This document shows, piece after piece, positions 62,493-64,000 of a stretch of 64,000 bases of DNA. Origin of the DNA: a virus (Duplodnaviria > Caudoviricetes); the IMG/VR virus record IMGVR_UViG_3300048089_000093, positions 1 to 64,000 of that record; one strand, given 5' to 3'. How positions within the stretch are numbered: the first letter of the stretch is position 1; each line of letters begins with the position of its first letter. Both the position numbers and the translations under genes were made by a program. The notes under the pieces were generated by a model. The model was given only the letters and a program-made list of their open reading frames with translations. It was not told the DNA's origin and did not search any database.

Positions 62493-62901
62493 GGGTCATC
62501 TCCCAGACCGCGCTCACCGGCTGCGGTCGTTTGTCGATCAGTTCTTGAGGCAACAGGTCTGGAGTGATCCAGTCCGCGAGGGGCTCCGGCCCGCAGACCA
62601 GGCTGTACATCAGCCACGTATCGGTCTTCATCCAGGTAGCGACGCGGCGCTCCAACGCTGCGAAGTCCACGCTGAACGGTTTGCACGGCGGGAAGTCGTG
62701 GCACAGCGCCAACATCAACCTGTCGTTGTTTTCGCCCTGCTCTACCCAGTTCGGTGCGCCACGAAATTGGTCAACACTGAGAGAACGGATGCGTCCGGTC
62801 GGCCCGAAGTACTCGATCAGCGGAGGCTGCGGGTACCCACGCATAAACCCCATCTCGTCCACGATGTCCAAGGGGTAAGCCCTTTCGTCGAAGTTCGGCA
62901 T
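62377..62901 (-). CDS. hypothetical protein
   Basis: ATG at 62901 next to the stop of the upstream gene (MPNFDERAYPLD...). Confidence 0.5.
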   Translation of the reverse strand: MPNFDERAYPLDIVDEMGFMRGYPQPPLIEYFGPTGRIRSLSVDQFRGAPNWVEQGENNDRLMLALCHDFPPCKPFSVDFAALERRVATWMKTDTWLMYSLVCGPEPLADWITPDLLPQELIDKRPQPVSAVWEMTHASYYGDPRQAEPWRGDARAARHPVDALPNRGPRRQRW

Positions 62902-62903
62902 GG

Positions 62904-63383
62904 TCACAGGTCCGTGTAGCGTGGGACCACCGTCGCGTCGCTCTCGTACAGCAGCGTCGCATCCGCGCCCTTCAACTCCTCGCGCAGCGCCTTCGAGTCT
63001 TCCGCCACCGCGTACTCGTTGCCCATCTTCAGGAGCACGAACGGGATCAGGTTCTCGAAGCAGTACGCCATCACGAACCAGAGCATGCCTCGCGGGTTGG
63101 CGTCGTACTGCACGTGGTTGTCGGTGAACGACTTCACGATCGCCTCCTTCGCCGCGCCCTTCCACTTGCCCTTCGGCTTGAACTGCACGAGCACGGCCGG
63201 CAGCGGCGTCTTCACGTGCTCCACGAACATGTGCTGAGCTACGGTGTGGGCGTAGCCGAGCCGCGTATCTCCTGCCACCACCTCGTCCTTCCACCAGTCG
63301 ATGGGAAACTTGGGGTGCTCGACGTCGCCGCGCTGTTCGAGGATCTCGCGCCAGTGCGCGGCGAGTGGCTTGTTTCGTCTCAT
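62904..63383 (-). CDS. hypothetical protein
   Basis: AAGGAA ribosome-binding site; phage codon usage. Confidence 0.6.
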   Translation of the reverse strand: MRRNKPLAAHWREILEQRGDVEHPKFPIDWWKDEVVAGDTRLGYAHTVAQHMFVEHVKTPLPAVLVQFKPKGKWKGAAKEAIVKSFTDNHVQYDANPRGMLWFVMAYCFENLIPFVLLKMGNEYAVAEDSKALREELKGADATLLYESDATVVPRYTDL

Positions 63384-63449
63384 GATGCGGTTCCTTCGGA
63401 AATTTCCGAAAAAATTTGGGCTGGTCCGGACACCTGTTCGGACCCCTAT

Positions 63450-63956
63450 TTAATCGTTGGCGAGCACCTTGGTCCTGGTGATCGCGCGGTGCTGCGCGGG
63501 CAGCTCCTTGGTCATGACGCCGCGGTCGTACTGGCCTGCGAAGATGTGCCAGATCTCGCCGCTGCAGTGCGCGAAGCTCGCGATCAGGTCGCCGCGACCG
63601 ACGGCCGCTGGCATGGGTTCGCCGCAGCGCACGCGGTAGAAGGTGCGAGGGTCCATGCGCGTCGCAGAGACGTTCTCGATCACGTGCAACTCCACAGCGT
63701 CGGGGCACTCGCAGTCGCGGACGTAGAGCACGTCTGCGTCTTTTGGTAGGTCGACCAGTGCGATACCGTCGTCGCTAAACCACAGCATGTGAACGTGCAG
63801 GTGGTGGCTCATGTGCTTCCCCGTTTGTTGTTGGTCGTTAGCCGCGCGTCGGATCTCTCCCGCGCAGATCTTCGCGGCGCTGCGGAACAGGTGGTTTCGG
63901 GACTGCCCCACTACCTGTTCGCATATCTGCGCTGCAGCTTCCAGATCGTTAGTCAC
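63450..63956 (-). CDS. hypothetical protein (possible internal start at 63812)
   Basis: Open frame; second half looks like a stand-alone small phage domain. Confidence 0.5.
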   Translation of the reverse strand: MTNDLEAAAQICEQVVGQSRNHLFRSAAKICAGEIRRAANDQQQTGKHMSHHLHVHMLWFSDDGIALVDLPKDADVLYVRDCECPDAVELHVIENVSATRMDPRTFYRVRCGEPMPAAVGRGDLIASFAHCSGEIWHIFAGQYDRGVMTKELPAQHRAITRTKVLAND

Positions 63957-64000
63957 GGTCCCTCGCTTTCTTCCAGTTTTGGTGCCGCGTTAAACAGCTG

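Noticed and set aside
62377-63708. 443-aa minus-strand ORF
   Set aside because: The upstream part overlaps two better ORFs in other frames and is Arg/Ala-rich noise; only 62377-62901 is retained.
1-64000. Integrase, CI-like repressor, transposase, defence or antibiotic-resistance genes
   Set aside because: No tyrosine/serine recombinase, HTH-peptidase or DDE motifs were recognised; such genes may lie outside the window.

Overview
The window is most of a GC-rich temperate siphovirus genome that also carries a plasmid maintenance module, i.e. a phage-plasmid. A betaproteobacterial (Burkholderia-like) host is inferred, not shown. Left end (+): a promoter/terminator-flanked tRNA-like RNA, a ParA/ribbon-helix-helix partition pair with a candidate centromere, an iteron origin with a DnaA box, a Rep_3-type initiator and a XerCD dif-like site. 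3.4-35.3 kb (+): a fibre-like accessory module, GpA-type terminase, portal, S49 protease, capsid genes, neck, tail tube, frameshifted tail chaperones, tape measure, lambda M/L/K/I/J-like tail tip, a multi-domain tail fibre and a lysis cassette (GH108 endolysin, holin candidates, nested spanins). 35.4-64 kb (-): a replication and nucleotide-metabolism arm (ThyA, cytosine MTase, SbcCD-like nuclease, HD hydrolase, ATP ligase, Dda-like helicase, RecU-like resolvase, TraR-like protein, PolA, dNMP kinase, exonuclease, primase-helicase, SNF2 helicase, MazG-like protein) plus many orphans. The arms meet at a bidirectional terminator near 35.38 kb. No integrase, repressor, small terminase, CRISPR array, reverse transcriptase or transposase was recognised. 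The most unusual signals are an anticodon-less tRNA mimic, the dif-like site, a repeated late-promoter motif AATCGCGSCAA, a 55-bp nested palindrome after terL, a motif-sharing gene pair plus structured RNA before the portal, and an A/T-rich synonymous patch over the thyA intron-homing region. All family assignments come from reading motifs by eye; no database or HMM search was run.
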